Source: an uncultured Planctomycetota bacterium
GTDB taxonomy: Bacteria; Planctomycetota; Planctomycetia; Isosphaerales; Isosphaeraceae
Direction of reading: 5' to 3'
NCBI GenBank assembly: GCA_963845755.1
Contig: CAWJTV010000049.1
Span: 1-64,000, forward strand
Length of the DNA: 64,000 nt
The notes beneath the pieces were generated by a model. The model ran no database searches. It was given only the letters and a program-made list of their open reading frames with translations, and had not been told where the DNA came from. Position 1 is the first letter of the stretch, and each line of letters begins with the position of its first letter. The translations under genes and the position numbers were made by a program. Positions 1 to 11,752 of this stretch are shown one piece after another.

Positions 1-2393
1 TGAACGACGTCAACGAATACACCAGCTCCACGACCAACGGTGTAACCACGACCTACCAGTATGACAACAACGGGAACCTGGTCGCGGCGACCAACAGCGG
101 CCAGACGACCTCGTACACGTTCAATGCGCTCAATCAATTGACTGGGGTGAGTGGTCTAAACGGCACGTTCTCGTACACGTATGACGCTTTGGGCCATCAG
201 ATTTCTTCGACCGTCAACGGTCAGACATCGAACAACCTGATCGATCCCTTCGGATTGGGCAACGTCGCGGCGCAGTTCGACGGTTCGGGGAACCTGGTCG
301 CGGAATATACGTATGGGCTGGGGCTGGTCAGCCAGGTCACCGCGAGCGGGACGGCGTACTACTATGATTACAATCTCCAGGGATCGACGGTCGGGATCAC
401 GAATGCGGCAGGAGCGTATGTCAACCAGTACAGCTACGATCCCTTCGGGCAGGTGACGACGATCAGCGCGGAGATTGCGAATCCGTTTACGTTTGTCGGG
501 CAATTTGGGATTTCGAGCGACGGGAACGGGCTGATCTACATGCGGGCTCGGTATTACGACCCGGGCACGGGCAGTTTGTGTCGGATGATCCAATCGGGCT
601 GAGCGGTGGTGATTCCAATATTCGACGCTACGCCCTGAACTCGCCACTGTCTCTCATAGATCCCTCGGGCCTGGCCAGCGGCGAGAAATGCGACGGGACC
701 CCACAGGCGAGCATCCAGAAAAGAAGACGAAGAAAGAAAACGACTCGGATCCTAATGATCCAGAGACAACCCCCCAGAGGAGTCGCCTGAGGATAAACTT
801 AGAGAAGATTATTTGAAGACACTTGATGAATTGGGAAAGAACATTAATAAATATACGCCTATAATTTGGGGAATCGGAGCTGCGGAGCCACCTTTTCATT
901 CTGGCCAAACCCTGAGCTCTGGCCCGTTGTTGGCGCCAGCGGCTGCGGCCGCAGCGGATGACCCTGGCAACGATCCCACACCCCCTGACTGCAACTGCAC
1001 GCCCCCGCCGCCCCCGAGCCAACCCGACCCGCCAGCCCCTCCAGGTGCTCCAGGCCCAAAGCCCCCGCCAAGCATCAACCAACCTCCCCACGACCCCAAC
1101 GACCTCCTCGGCCCCTCCGGCTACGGCTCCGCGAGTTACCTCACTCCCAGTGGGGCTCTCCCCTACACGATCGAGTTCTCCAACGAGAAGACCGCCGAGG
1201 TCCCCGCGGACAACGTCGTCGTCACCGAGCAGCTCAGCCCGAATCTGAATTGGAGCACGTTCCAGCTCGGCACGATCGGGTTTGGCAACTACGTCGTCAA
1301 CGTGCCGCCGGGCTTGACGTCGTACAGCACGCGGGTCGATGCCACGGCCACGCTCGGCCTCTATGTCGACATCGATGCCAGTCTGAACCTGAGCACCGGC
1401 CTGCTGACGGTCACGTTCACGTCGCTCGACCCGACGACGCTGGATACGCCGTCGAACCCGCTCGTCGGCTTTCTGCCGCCCGACACGGACCCGCCCAACG
1501 GCGAGGGGACCATCAACTACACGATCCAGCCCAAGCCGGGCCTGGCCACCGGCGCGGCGATCGACGCCCAGGCGAGCATCGTCTTCGACACCAACGCCCC
1601 GATCGCCACGCCGCAGGTCGTCAACACCATCGACGCCAGCCCGCCGACGAGCGCCGTCGCCGCGCTCCCCGCGACCACGACCACGCCCAGCTTCACGGTC
1701 TCCTGGTCCGGCTCCGACGGCGCCGGCCCGGGCATCGCCAGCTATAACGTGTATGTCTCCGACGACAGCGGGCCGTTCACGATCTGGCAGTCGGACACCT
1801 CGGCGACGTCGGCGACCTATCCGGGTCAGGCCGGTCACACCTACGCCTTCACCAGCGTCGCGACCGACCACCTCGGCCTCGTCCAGCCGGCGCCGACGTC
1901 TGCCCAGGCGACGACCGCGGTCAAGGTCCCAACGGTCACGCCGACACCCACACCAACGCCTCCTCCCACGATCATCGGCGAGCAGGTCCTGTTCACCCGC
2001 AAGCTCAACAAGCGCGGGAAGCCGACGGGTAAGCCGGTGCTGAGCGGGTTCGCGCTCGAGTTCAGCGCGGCGATGAACGCCGCCACGGCGGGGAATGCGA
2101 GCAACTACCAGTTGGGTTGGACCTCCACCAAGAAGGTCAAGAAGAAGGTCGTGACGTTCCTTCATCCCGTCGCGTTCCGCGTGCAGTACAGCGATTCGAA
2201 CGACTCGGTGAGCTTGCTCCTGAGCGGGAAACAGGCGTTCGCGAAGGGCGGGGAGATCACGGTGGTCGCCGCGCCTCCGGATGGGGTCAGCAGCGCCGCG
2301 GGCGTCTTGCTGGATGGGAACGACGAAGGGATCGCGGGCGATAACGGGGTATTCACGATCCTGCCCAAGGCGCGGGAGATCACGCGGGGGTAG
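1..2393 (+). CDS. C-terminal part of a large RHS/YD-repeat protein (RHS core, variable segment, Pro linker, DPND-type/FN3-like beta domains, basic C-terminal domain); 5'-truncated by window, frameshifted
   Basis: YD repeats (YTYDALG, YYYDYNLQGSTVGIT, YSYDPFG), core end YMRARYYDPGTG..SDDPIGL..NIRRYALNSPLSLIDPSGL spread over ORFs 138-602, 578-790 and 813-2393; then PHDPNDLLGPSGYG..YTIEFSN..ASIVFDTNAPI and an FN3-like FTVSWSGSD. Confidence 0.85.
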
Positions 2394-2593
2394 TGATCGG
2401 TGGTTACGCCAAAGGCGTCTCACAGCAGAGTCCAGGGTCGCGCAGCGCACCCTGGGAAAGCGTCGTTGTCTCGATCGTACGGGAGCCAGCATGCGTCCCG
2501 GGCTTTCTCGGGCCACGGCCGTTGCAAGAGACTCGACCGCGGGCGCGGGCCGGAGATTGCCGGCTCGCGGATCACGGTTGACGACGTACTGCC

Positions 2594-2872
2594 GGCTTGC
2601 CGCTCAACGCCTCGGATGACGCGATCTGGAGGACTTGCCAGCGGGAGCCACTCGTGCTGATCATGGAGAACCGGCACGCCGATGAACCGGACTCACTGGA
2701 AGTGGTCATCCGAGCCGAGAATTAGCCGGAGGGTCTGCCCGTCGTGACACTGGCGGATCCCCGCCGCGTCACGCGGGATCGTCTCTATGCGCAGCAGGTG
2801 GCCAAGCGCTTGCTCGACTACCTGATGCGAATCGATGAGGTCCGCGGCACGGGGCGGATCTTCTTCCGGTGA
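2594..2872 (+). pseudogene. Remnant of a PIN-like (DUF5615-related) toxin-type gene with an in-frame stop
   Basis: Manual translation GLPLNASDDAIWRTCQREPLVLIMENRHADEPDSLEVVIRAEN*PEGLPVVTLADPRRVTRDRLYAQQVAKRLLDYLMRIDEVRGTGRIFFR*; TAG at 2723-2725; no N-terminus or start codon. Confidence 0.6.
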
Positions 2873-2896
2873 TCCCGATGGACCGGGCGATGGCAT

Positions 2897-5800
2897 TCAC
2901 GGAGGCGCGAACGGATCGGCGGGGAATCGGAGGTCTCCGTAGATCCGCTTCACGCCGGGATCGGCGAGGATTCTCTCGAGGTCGGCCCGGTGCTCGAGCG
3001 GTCCGGCCTCTTCCGTAAGAATGATGATCTGTTCGATCGTCCAGCGCATCTCGGCCTGTTGCTCGACACTGATGCCCGGCTCGCGCTCCTTTAGACCCCG
3101 ATAAGCGAGGAGCAAACAAGACTCGGCCTCTCGGTACTTCCTCTGCCCGAGCAGGCTGGCGCCGAGGCGTGCCTCGGCCATGAACCGGTTCCAATGGTCG
3201 GGCTCTGCCGTCGTTCGGAAATCCCGCTCCTCGCGGAAGTAGGGCTCGGCTTTCGCGGGGTCTTTCCGCTTGAGATGATACATCCCGACGGCCCGGTCCA
3301 TCCCCACCGTGATGCCGTCGACGCCGTGTCGGGCGTGCCAGATTTCGCGGGCCTCCCGCAGGACGGGCCCCATCTTCTTCTCATCCCCTTTCAGACGGTA
3401 GACGTGGTAGAGCTGCGACAGGACGGCTGAAAGCAGTTCGTGGTTGGGATCGAGGACGGCTCGGGCGCCTTTCGCCGCTTCGATCAATAACCCCTCGGCC
3501 TTGTCGAGCTGTCCTTCGTACTTGTAGAACTCTCCCAGATCGTGAAGGGTACGCACCGTATCGGCATGCGTGTTGCCCAGGATCCGCCGTTGCACTTTCA
3601 AGACGTCTTCGAGGATCTGCTGCTTCTCAGTCGGCCGTTTCAGGTAACCGTAAAACCTCGCCAGGTTCGTTTTCGCCAGGAGCGTATCGGGATGTTCGTC
3701 TCGCCCGATACGCGTCATCGATTTGACGACGCCTTCCAGGAGTTCCACAGCCTCGGGGAACTTTTTCCGTTCCGTATAAGCCATGGCCAGGTCATTGAGT
3801 ACGCCGAGTGTTTTGGGATCGGCGTCGCCTTTGGCCTTCCGGAAGGCGGCATACACCCGCTCGAGCATTGGTTCGGAATCGGCGTACTTCCCCTGGAGAT
3901 AGTAAAGTTGGCCCACCAGATAGTACGCCTCGTACGTGTCGAGGTGCTCAAATCCCCGTGCCCGTTCGAGGCCCTTTCGCGCGCCCAGGAGGAGCGTCTC
4001 GGCTTCCTTCAGCTTACCGTCGGCAAGATCCAGGGAACCCAGGGCAGCTTGTGCATTGAGCGTATCGGGATGATCGTCGCCGAGCCCCCGCCGGCGAAGG
4101 TCCCACGCGGCTTCGAGCTGCCGGGACGCCACGGGGTACAAGCCAAGCTGTTGGTAGGTCTCCCCGATCGTCAATTGGATCGAGGCCCGGAGCAAAGGCC
4201 GTTTCGCGAATCTCGCGTTGACGATCGCGGCGGCGGCGTCGAGCACCGTCCGCACCTTGAGATCGGGATCCGGCCGGGCTTGATTATACACGCTGGCGTG
4301 GCCGAGCAGATCCTTGGTGAGGAACTCGTTGAGCGACGATGCGTTGGCCGCCTCGAACTCGGCCCGGTCGCGCTGACCACGCGCTTCCGATTCGGCCTTG
4401 ATCGCTCGGACGGCCTGCCAGCCGCTGACGACAATTCCCACCACCAAGGTCACGATCGATGCGGCCACCCACGGATTTCGCCGGCACCAGCGTATCAGGC
4501 GTTCGGAAAGTCGTCGCGCGCCGCGCGAGGATCGTTCGCCCATCGAGGAACCGTCGCAAGTCATCGGCTAGCGCCGCCGCCGCCGCGTAACGCCGATCCG
4601 GCTCACGCGCGATGGCCTTGTGGATGATCGTCTCCAGGTCCCGGGGAACCTTCGGCGCCTGCGATCCCAGCCGCGCCGGCCCTTCGTATCGAATGCGTTC
4701 GATCAATCGGAAGCGATCCCCGTCGGTAAAAGCCGCGCGCTGGGCCGCCAGCTCGTACAGGCTCAGGCCCAGGCTGTAGATGTCGGACCGCGCATCGCAC
4801 TGACCCTGAAACCGTTCGGGCGCCATGTAACGGACCGTGCCCACGACGTCGCCGGTGGCCGTCAAGTCATCAACTCCGATCGTCTTCGCCAATCCGAAGT
4901 CGGTGACCCAGACGGTTCCTCCGCCGTCCAGCAGCAGATTCGAAGGCTTGATATCGCGATGAAGGACACCCTGGCGGTTGGCGTATTCCAGCGCCTCCGC
5001 GACCTGAACGCCGATACGAGCCACGAACTGGAAATACGGACGCCTGGGATCCGATTGCGTTGAACAGTTCGCCGGACCCGGTCCGGATCACGGAAGCGTG
5101 ATAGGGGCGAAGGAACTCCGAAGGAACGAGCGGCGGAGGGAATTCGGCGGTCTGCGCCCGAGTTGGCGTCGGTCGCAGTCCCCGACCGGCGGAAGTGATG
5201 CACTCTCGGGGAACTGGCCACCCTCCAGCGCTCGCGCCACATCGGTCACGCTGATCGTGGGATGGGAGGGAATCCCGGCCGGATCCCGGACGTCGGGCCG
5301 ACCCGGGCCATTGAGCCGTTCGGAACACTTGGTCCCCAGTGAGGCTGACTCAGCCTCACGGAGCCGGCGCAACTCGTCGAGGACGGCGTCGAGTCCGAAG
5401 CCGTCAATGTACTGCATGAGATAATAGTGGTGCCCATCCTGCTCGCCCACGCCGAAGACGGGGACGATGTTGGTGTGATGCAGTCGCGCCGCGGCCTGGG
5501 CTTCGCGCTGGAATCGCTTGACTTGCCCGGCCAGGATGGGCGAGTGGAAGGGCAACACCTTGAGCGCCACGAGCCGGTTCAGTCTCAGGTCCTCGGCCTC
5601 GTACACGATCCCCATTCCGCCGCGGCCGATCTCGCGAATGATCCGCAGGCCATCGATTCTTGGGTAGCCCTCGAACGATGACGGGGACCGAATTCCATTA
5701 GCCGGCTCTACTCCTTCCGATCCCCCGATCAAGAAACCGGCCGCGTTCGGCCCGGGTGGGCAATCGTCATGATTTCCCCATCGAGGCCCCTTCGCCTCGA

Positions 5801-6008
5801 CGCGATCGAGCAGGCGCGCAATCCGTTCGTCGTTCTCGCGGTTTGAAGGCAAGGACTCGGCCGGATCGCGGAGATTCGTCATCTGTTCCAGGAGCTGCTG
5901 ACACGAATCGCATTGCTCGATGTGGGCTTCGACCGCCAGATGCTCCGAAGGTTCCAACTGATCGAAGAGGAACCGCTCGAGTTGTTGTTTGGTCGCGCAG
6001 GGGCTCAT
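2897..6008 (-). CDS. Ser/Thr protein kinase with N-terminal zinc-binding anti-sigma-like motif, TM helix and C-terminal TPR repeats (frameshifted into 3 ORFs)
   Basis: HIEQCDSC; IGRGGMGIVY, VALKVL, HHTNIV (5088-6008); HRDIKPSN, DFGLAK, GTVRYMAPE (4284-5024); RWCRRNP + TM + HPDTL-type TPRs (2897-4564). Confidence 0.9.
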
Positions 6009-6040
6009 GGCGGAATCTCGACGGTGGGTGAGGTCCGGGT

Positions 6041-6658
6041 TCAGTTCGGATCGCCAGTATCGCAGACATGTTCGAGTTTTCGGATCTCTTCTTGAAGCAT
6101 CTGGCGAACGCTCGACTTCGCCTTGTAGACGGTGCCGACCTTCATTCCCAGGTCCTCGGCGACCTCGCGGGTGGGTCGTCCATCACACGCCGTGGACTGG
6201 TAAGCGTCCCAGGTCTTCGCCTCCACGCGGTTCCGGACGGCTCGGGTCGCCTCCTCGAGCAGTTCGAGGTCGAATTCCCGCTCGATCCGCGAGACCAGGT
6301 CGTCGCGCGCCTGCTGGCTCGCGAGGAGGTCGAGGTTCTCGCTGCCGCCGGCGGCACCCTGCCGCTGGTTTCTCCGCCATGCATCGTGGAAGGCGTCGGC
6401 GGCGACCTTTTTCAGGTAGTTGCGGAACTTCCGTGACGGATCGCGACGGAATCCGGGCAGCTTCACGGAAAGCCTGGTGAGAACGGCCTGGGTGATGTCC
6501 TCGGCATCGGCGTCCTGGGCCCCCCAGGTGCAGCACCAGCGCAGGATGCATGGGCCGTAACGCTTGGCGAATTGCCTCCAGGCGTCCTGGTCCGGTGGCA
6601 ACAGCGCCACGCGGAGGAGCAGAGAGGAACTCGTTTGCAAGGCACTGCGAGCCGGCAT
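6041..6658 (-). CDS. ECF sigma-70 factor, kinase-associated planctomycete type
   Basis: TSSSLLLRV..DQDAWRQF..DAEDITQAV region 2 and EVAEDLGMKVGTVYKAKSSV region 4 HTH; directly upstream of the kinase. Confidence 0.9.
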   Translation of the reverse strand: MPARSALQTSSSLLLRVALLPPDQDAWRQFAKRYGPCILRWCCTWGAQDADAEDITQAVLTRLSVKLPGFRRDPSRKFRNYLKKVAADAFHDAWRRNQRQGAAGGSENLDLLASQQARDDLVSRIEREFDLELLEEATRAVRNRVEAKTWDAYQSTACDGRPTREVAEDLGMKVGTVYKAKSSVRQMLQEEIRKLEHVCDTGDPN

Positions 6659-6961
6659 TGGCGATACCAGGCTCCCTGGGTGTTGGTGTGCGATCGGGAT
6701 CGCGACGCGTCGGGTCCGGCCGTTCGATGCCGGCCTGGCCTCGCTTGGTCCATCGCCTGGGCTATCGAGATTTTTTAAGTGCCGCGACTCAGATTCGGGC
6801 GAGATCGAACGGATTCTTATTACGGTAAACGCAGATCACGCCCGAATCAACCAGATTTCCGCTCGAACGCGTGGCTCATGCCACCCTGCGCCCGGGAACC
6901 GCCGATGGCGATCTCTTTCGCACTGAACCCGATTAAGTCGCCCCTCACAGGAGCAGCCGTC

Positions 6962-9900
6962 ATGAACGTTCGGCCTTTCCGTCGCCTACTCCATCTCCTC
7001 TCGCCTCGCGACCGCTCCCGTCGCTCGAGGGCCTGTCGACGCCTGACGATCGAGTCCCTGGAGCCCCGGGAACTGCTCACCGCGACGTTCACGGTGACCA
7101 GCGCCGGCGACAACGGGAATAACCTCTCCCCGTTGACCGGCTCGCTCCGCTGGGCTGTCGTTCAGGCCGACAAGCTGGCGGCCGGCACCGCCAGTACGAT
7201 CCAGTTCGCCATCCCCGGCGGGACGTTCCAGACGATCAGTCTCCAGGCCCCGCTCCCCCAGATCACGACGCCGGCGACCATCGACGGCACGACCCAGACC
7301 GGGTACACGGGCACGCCGCTGATCGAACTCGACGGCTCGTCGGCGGGCGCCGGTGCCAACGGCCTGAGCTACGCCAGCACGGCCTCGGGCACCGCGGCCG
7401 TCTTGACGCAATTGAAGGGGCTACAGATCTTCTCGTTCAGCGGTGCGGGCGTGACGAACTCCGGGGCTGCGTACCTCTCGTTGACCAACGACTACGTCGG
7501 CGTCCAGAGACCCGCGACGTACTACCTCGCTCGCGGGAACACCGGTGGCGGTGTCGCGATCTCCGGTGGCGCCCACAACGACACGATCACGTCCTGCGTG
7601 ATCTCCGCCAACGTCGGTAACGGAGTCACCATCACGGGCAGCGGCACCAACAACGAAACGCTCAGCGGCGACGAGATCGGCACTGACGGCGGCGGCGTCA
7701 CGATCGTCGACCACAACGGCAAGAGCCTGGCGAACAGCGAGAATGGCGTGCTGATCTCGGCGGGGGCGAACCACAACACGGTGACCACCTCGGTCCTCTC
7801 GAACAACAACGGCGATGGCGTCGAGCTCACCGGCTCGGGCACCTCGTCCAACGTCGTCACGAGCGATCACATCGGCACCGACATCTTCGGTATGGTCGCG
7901 CTGCCGAACCTGTACAACGGCGTCGAGGTCACCAGCAGCGCGAGCGCCAACACTGTCGGCGGGACCACCGCCACGGCCCGGGACGTGATCTCCGGGAACA
8001 CCGATAGCGGCGTCTCCATCAGCGCCAGTGCGACGACCACCGTGGTCGAGGGCGACTTCATCGGGACGGACGGCACCGGCACCGTGGCGATCCCGAACCA
8101 TACCGGGGTTCTCGTCGGCGCGGGGACGACCAACACCGTCGGCGGGACGACGGCCGGCAGCGGCGACGTGATCTCGGGGAACACCGGAATCGGGGTCTGG
8201 CTCACGTCGGGAGCCTCGAAGGATCTCGTCGCGGGGGACGACATCGGGACCGACCTGACCGGCTCGACGAGCGTCTCGAATGGGACCGGTGTGCAGGTCG
8301 ACGCCGGTTCGAGTTCCAACACCGTCGGCGGGACGACGAAGGCCGCCCGCGACGTCATCTCGGGCAACACCGGCGCCGGCGTGTCCGTCAGCGACTCGGG
8401 CACGAACAACAACGTCGTGGAGGGGGACTATATCGGCACCGACGTGACCGGCTCCGTCGCCATCGGCAACGGCAGCGGCGGTATCCTGATCGCCAACTCC
8501 GCGCACGGCAACACCGTCGGCGGGACATCGGCCGCCGCACGCAACATCATCTCGGGCAACCCCGATACCGGCGTCAACATCAACAACGGAGTCACCGGCA
8601 CAACGATCGCCGGGAACTACATCGGGACCGACGTGACGGGGTTGCTGGGCCTCCCGAACCAGGCGGGCGTGAACATCGGCGGCGGTTCGACCTCCAACAC
8701 GATCGGCGGGACGGTCGCCGGCTCGCTGAACGTGATCTCGGCCAACGTGCATAAGGCCGTGAGCCTCACGGACGCGGGCACTAATCACAACGTCGTGGAG
8801 GGGAACTACCTCGGCACCGACGCCACTGGCACCCACGCCCTCGGCAACGGCGGCGCCGGGGTAAGCATCGCGAGTGGGGCACAACATAACACCGTGGGCG
8901 GGACGACGGCCGCCGCACGCAACGTCATGGCGGCCAGCACCGGCAACGGCGTGATCATGGGCGGGACGGGCGCCAACAACGCGAGTACCAGCGATAACCT
9001 CGTGGAGGGGAACTACATCGGCACCGACAAGACCGGCACAGCGAACCTGAGCGAGGGCATCGCCGGAGTGAACATCGAATCCGGGGCGACGGACAACACC
9101 ATCGGCGGGACGACGGCCGCGGCTCGTAACATACTCCTGGGTAGAGTCGCCGACGTGTACATCGGCGGCATGGGCGCCAGCGACAACCTCGTGGAGGGGA
9201 ACTACCTCGGCACGGACGTGACCGGCTCCGTCGCCCTCGGCAATAACTTCGATGGAATCCTCCTGATCGACGGGGCGACGGACAACACCATCGGCGGGAC
9301 GACGGCCGCCGCACGCAACATCATCTCGGGCAACACCGCCCCAGGCGTGGGCATGGACGGCTCGGGCACGACGGGCAATCTGGTGGAGGGGAACTACATC
9401 GGCACCGACGTCTCCGGCGCCCACGCCCTCGGCAATGGCGACGCCGGGGTGTGGATTTCCGACGGGGCGTCGGACAACACCATCGGCGGGGCGACGGCCG
9501 CTGCCGGCAACCTCATCTCGGGGAACATCGGCGACGGCGTGGCCATCATCGGCCCGGGCTCCAACGACAATGTGGTGGCCGGTAACGACATCGGCACCGA
9601 CGCCACCGGCACCCACGCCCTCGGCAACACCATCTGCGGAATCGCCCTCTCCGGCGCGGCGTCGAACAACACGATCGGCGGGACGACGGCCGCCAGGCGT
9701 AACGTCGTCTCGGGCAACGCCGGACCGGGCGTGTACCTCTCTGACTCGGGCACGAACAACAACCTCGTGGAGGGGGACTACATCGGCACCGACGCCACCG
9801 GCAGCCACGCCCTCGGCAACGGCGGCGCCGGGGTGGAGGTCACTAACGGGGCGCAGTATAACACCGTCGGCGGGACGTCGGCCGCCGCGCGTAACATCAT

Positions 9901-11752
9901 CTCGGGCAGTGCCTATGGCCTGTACATCATCGGCATGGGCGCCAGCGACAACCTGGTGGAGGGCGACTACATCGGCACCGACGTGACCGGCGCCCACGCT
10001 CTCGGCAATAGCATCGGCGGGGTCCTCATTGCCAACGGGGCGCAGTACAACACCGTCGGCGGGACGTCGGCCGCCGCGCGTAACATCATCTCGGGTAATG
10101 GCTTCGGTGTGTACATCGGCGCCGGGGGCACCAAAGACAACCTGGTGGAGGGGGACTACATCGGCACCGACGTGGCCGGCACCCACGCCCTCGGCAACGC
10201 CAGCGGCGGGGTCTTCGTCCTCGACGGGGCGTCGGACAACACCATTGGCGGGACGACGGCCGCTGCCGGCAACGTCATCTCGGGAAACATCGGCGACGGC
10301 GTGGTCATCATCGGCTCGGGCACCAACGACAATCTGGTGGCCGCCAACGACATCGGCACCGACGCCACCGGCACCCACGCCCTGGGCAACACCATGTGCG
10401 GAATCGCCGTCGCCGAGACGGCGTCGAACAACACGATCGGCGGGACGACGGCCGCCGCGCGTAACGTCATCTCGGGCGGCGCATCCGGCGTGGACCTCTC
10501 AAACCCGGGCACAATCAACAACGTCGTGGAGGGGGACTACATCGGGACGGACGTGACCGGCACCGTCGCCATCGGCAACAGCAACGTCGGGGTCTACCTC
10601 GTCAACGGGGCGTCGGACAACACCGTGGGCGGGACGACGGCCGCCGCACGCGACGTCATCTCGGGCAACGTCGGCAACGGTGTGTGCCTCGACGGCTCGG
10701 GCACGACGGGCAACCTGGTGGAGGGCGACTACATCGGCACGGACGTGACCGGCTCCCGCGCGCTCGGCAACGGCGACGCCACCAACGGCGCCGATGGGGT
10801 GTTGATTTCCGACGGGGCTTCGCACAACACGGTCGGCGGGACGTCAACGGGAGCCAGCAACGTCATCTCGGCCAACGCCGGCAGCGGCGTGGCCATCACC
10901 GGCCCGCTCTCGAAGGACAATGTGGTAGCCGGCGATCGCATCGGCACCGACGCCGGTGGCACCCATGCCCTGGGCAACAGCGGCGGTGGAGTCGTCCTCG
11001 CCAATGCGACGTCGAGCAACACCATCGGCGGGACAACGGCCGCCGCGCGCGACGTCATCTCGGGCAACACCGGCAGCGGCGTGTCCATCGTCGGCCCGGG
11101 CGCGACGGGCAACCTGGTGGAGGGGGACTATGTCGGCACCGACGCAACCGGCTCCCTCGCCCTCGGCAACAGCTTCGATGGAATCGCTCTGATCGACGCG
11201 GCATCGAACAACACGATCGGCGGGACGACGGCCGCCGCCCGTAACGTTATCTCGGACAACACCGGCCCAGGCGTGGCCATGGACGGCTCGGGCACGACGG
11301 GAAATCTGGTGGAGGGGGACTACATCGGTACCGACGCCTCCGGTGCCCATGCCCTCGGCAATGGCGGCGCCGGGGTGTGGATTTCCGGCGGGGCGCAGCA
11401 GAACACGATCGGTGGGACGTCGGCCGCCGCACGCGACGTCATCTCGGGCAACGTCGGCAACGGCGTGTACATCACGGATTCGGGCACGACGGGCAACGTT
11501 GTCACCGGCGACTACATCGGCACCGCCGCGAACGGGACCGGGAGCGTGGGCAACAGCGGGGACGGGGTCTTGCTGGACGGCGTCAGCGGGAACTCGATCA
11601 CGAACTCGCTGATCTGCTTCAACGCCGCCTACGGCATCGAGGGGACCTCCGGCAGCAACGCCACGAACAACACCGTCACCGGCGACACGTTCACCGTCAC
11701 GATCGGCACGACGACGTACGGGAACAAACTTGGGGCCACGCACTACCATTGA
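6962..11752 (+). CDS. Large secreted right-handed beta-helix repeat protein (adhesin-like) with planctomycete extracellular signal
   Basis: RRLTIESLEPRELLT motif, GSLRWAV motif, then about 20 or more repeats of NTIGGTTAAARNVISGN..GNLVEGDYIGTDxTG. Confidence 0.85.
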   Translation: MNVRPFRRLLHLLSPRDRSRRSRACRRLTIESLEPRELLTATFTVTSAGDNGNNLSPLTGSLRWAVVQADKLAAGTASTIQFAIPGGTFQTISLQAPLPQITTPATIDGTTQTGYTGTPLIELDGSSAGAGANGLSYASTASGTAAVLTQLKGLQIFSFSGAGVTNSGAAYLSLTNDYVGVQRPATYYLARGNTGGGVAISGGAHNDTITSCVISANVGNGVTITGSGTNNETLSGDEIGTDGGGVTIVDHNGKSLANSENGVLISAGANHNTVTTSVLSNNNGDGVELTGSGTSSNVVTSDHIGTDIFGMVALPNLYNGVEVTSSASANTVGGTTATARDVISGNTDSGVSISASATTTVVEGDFIGTDGTGTVAIPNHTGVLVGAGTTNTVGGTTAGSGDVISGNTGIGVWLTSGASKDLVAGDDIGTDLTGSTSVSNGTGVQVDAGSSSNTVGGTTKAARDVISGNTGAGVSVSDSGTNNNVVEGDYIGTDVTGSVAIGNGSGGILIANSAHGNTVGGTSAAARNIISGNPDTGVNINNGVTGTTIAGNYIGTDVTGLLGLPNQAGVNIGGGSTSNTIGGTVAGSLNVISANVHKAVSLTDAGTNHNVVEGNYLGTDATGTHALGNGGAGVSIASGAQHNTVGGTTAAARNVMAASTGNGVIMGGTGANNASTSDNLVEGNYIGTDKTGTANLSEGIAGVNIESGATDNTIGGTTAAARNILLGRVADVYIGGMGASDNLVEGNYLGTDVTGSVALGNNFDGILLIDGATDNTIGGTTAAARNIISGNTAPGVGMDGSGTTGNLVEGNYIGTDVSGAHALGNGDAGVWISDGASDNTIGGATAAAGNLISGNIGDGVAIIGPGSNDNVVAGNDIGTDATGTHALGNTICGIALSGAASNNTIGGTTAARRNVVSGNAGPGVYLSDSGTNNNLVEGDYIGTDATGSHALGNGGAGVEVTNGAQYNTVGGTSAAARNIISGSAYGLYIIGMGASDNLVEGDYIGTDVTGAHALGNSIGGVLIANGAQYNTVGGTSAAARNIISGNGFGVYIGAGGTKDNLVEGDYIGTDVAGTHALGNASGGVFVLDGASDNTIGGTTAAAGNVISGNIGDGVVIIGSGTNDNLVAANDIGTDATGTHALGNTMCGIAVAETASNNTIGGTTAAARNVISGGASGVDLSNPGTINNVVEGDYIGTDVTGTVAIGNSNVGVYLVNGASDNTVGGTTAAARDVISGNVGNGVCLDGSGTTGNLVEGDYIGTDVTGSRALGNGDATNGADGVLISDGASHNTVGGTSTGASNVISANAGSGVAITGPLSKDNVVAGDRIGTDAGGTHALGNSGGGVVLANATSSNTIGGTTAAARDVISGNTGSGVSIVGPGATGNLVEGDYVGTDATGSLALGNSFDGIALIDAASNNTIGGTTAAARNVISDNTGPGVAMDGSGTTGNLVEGDYIGTDASGAHALGNGGAGVWISGGAQQNTIGGTSAAARDVISGNVGNGVYITDSGTTGNVVTGDYIGTAANGTGSVGNSGDGVLLDGVSGNSITNSLICFNAAYGIEGTSGSNATNNTVTGDTFTVTIGTTTYGNKLGATHYH

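Noticed and set aside
7421..11749. Long minus-strand ORFs (985 and 301 aa)
   Set aside because: Antisense shadows of the beta-helix repeat gene.
6962..11752. Diversity-generating retroelement template/variable repeats
   Set aside because: No reverse transcriptase in the window, and the repeats are in-frame coding duplications with no evident adenine-specific pattern.
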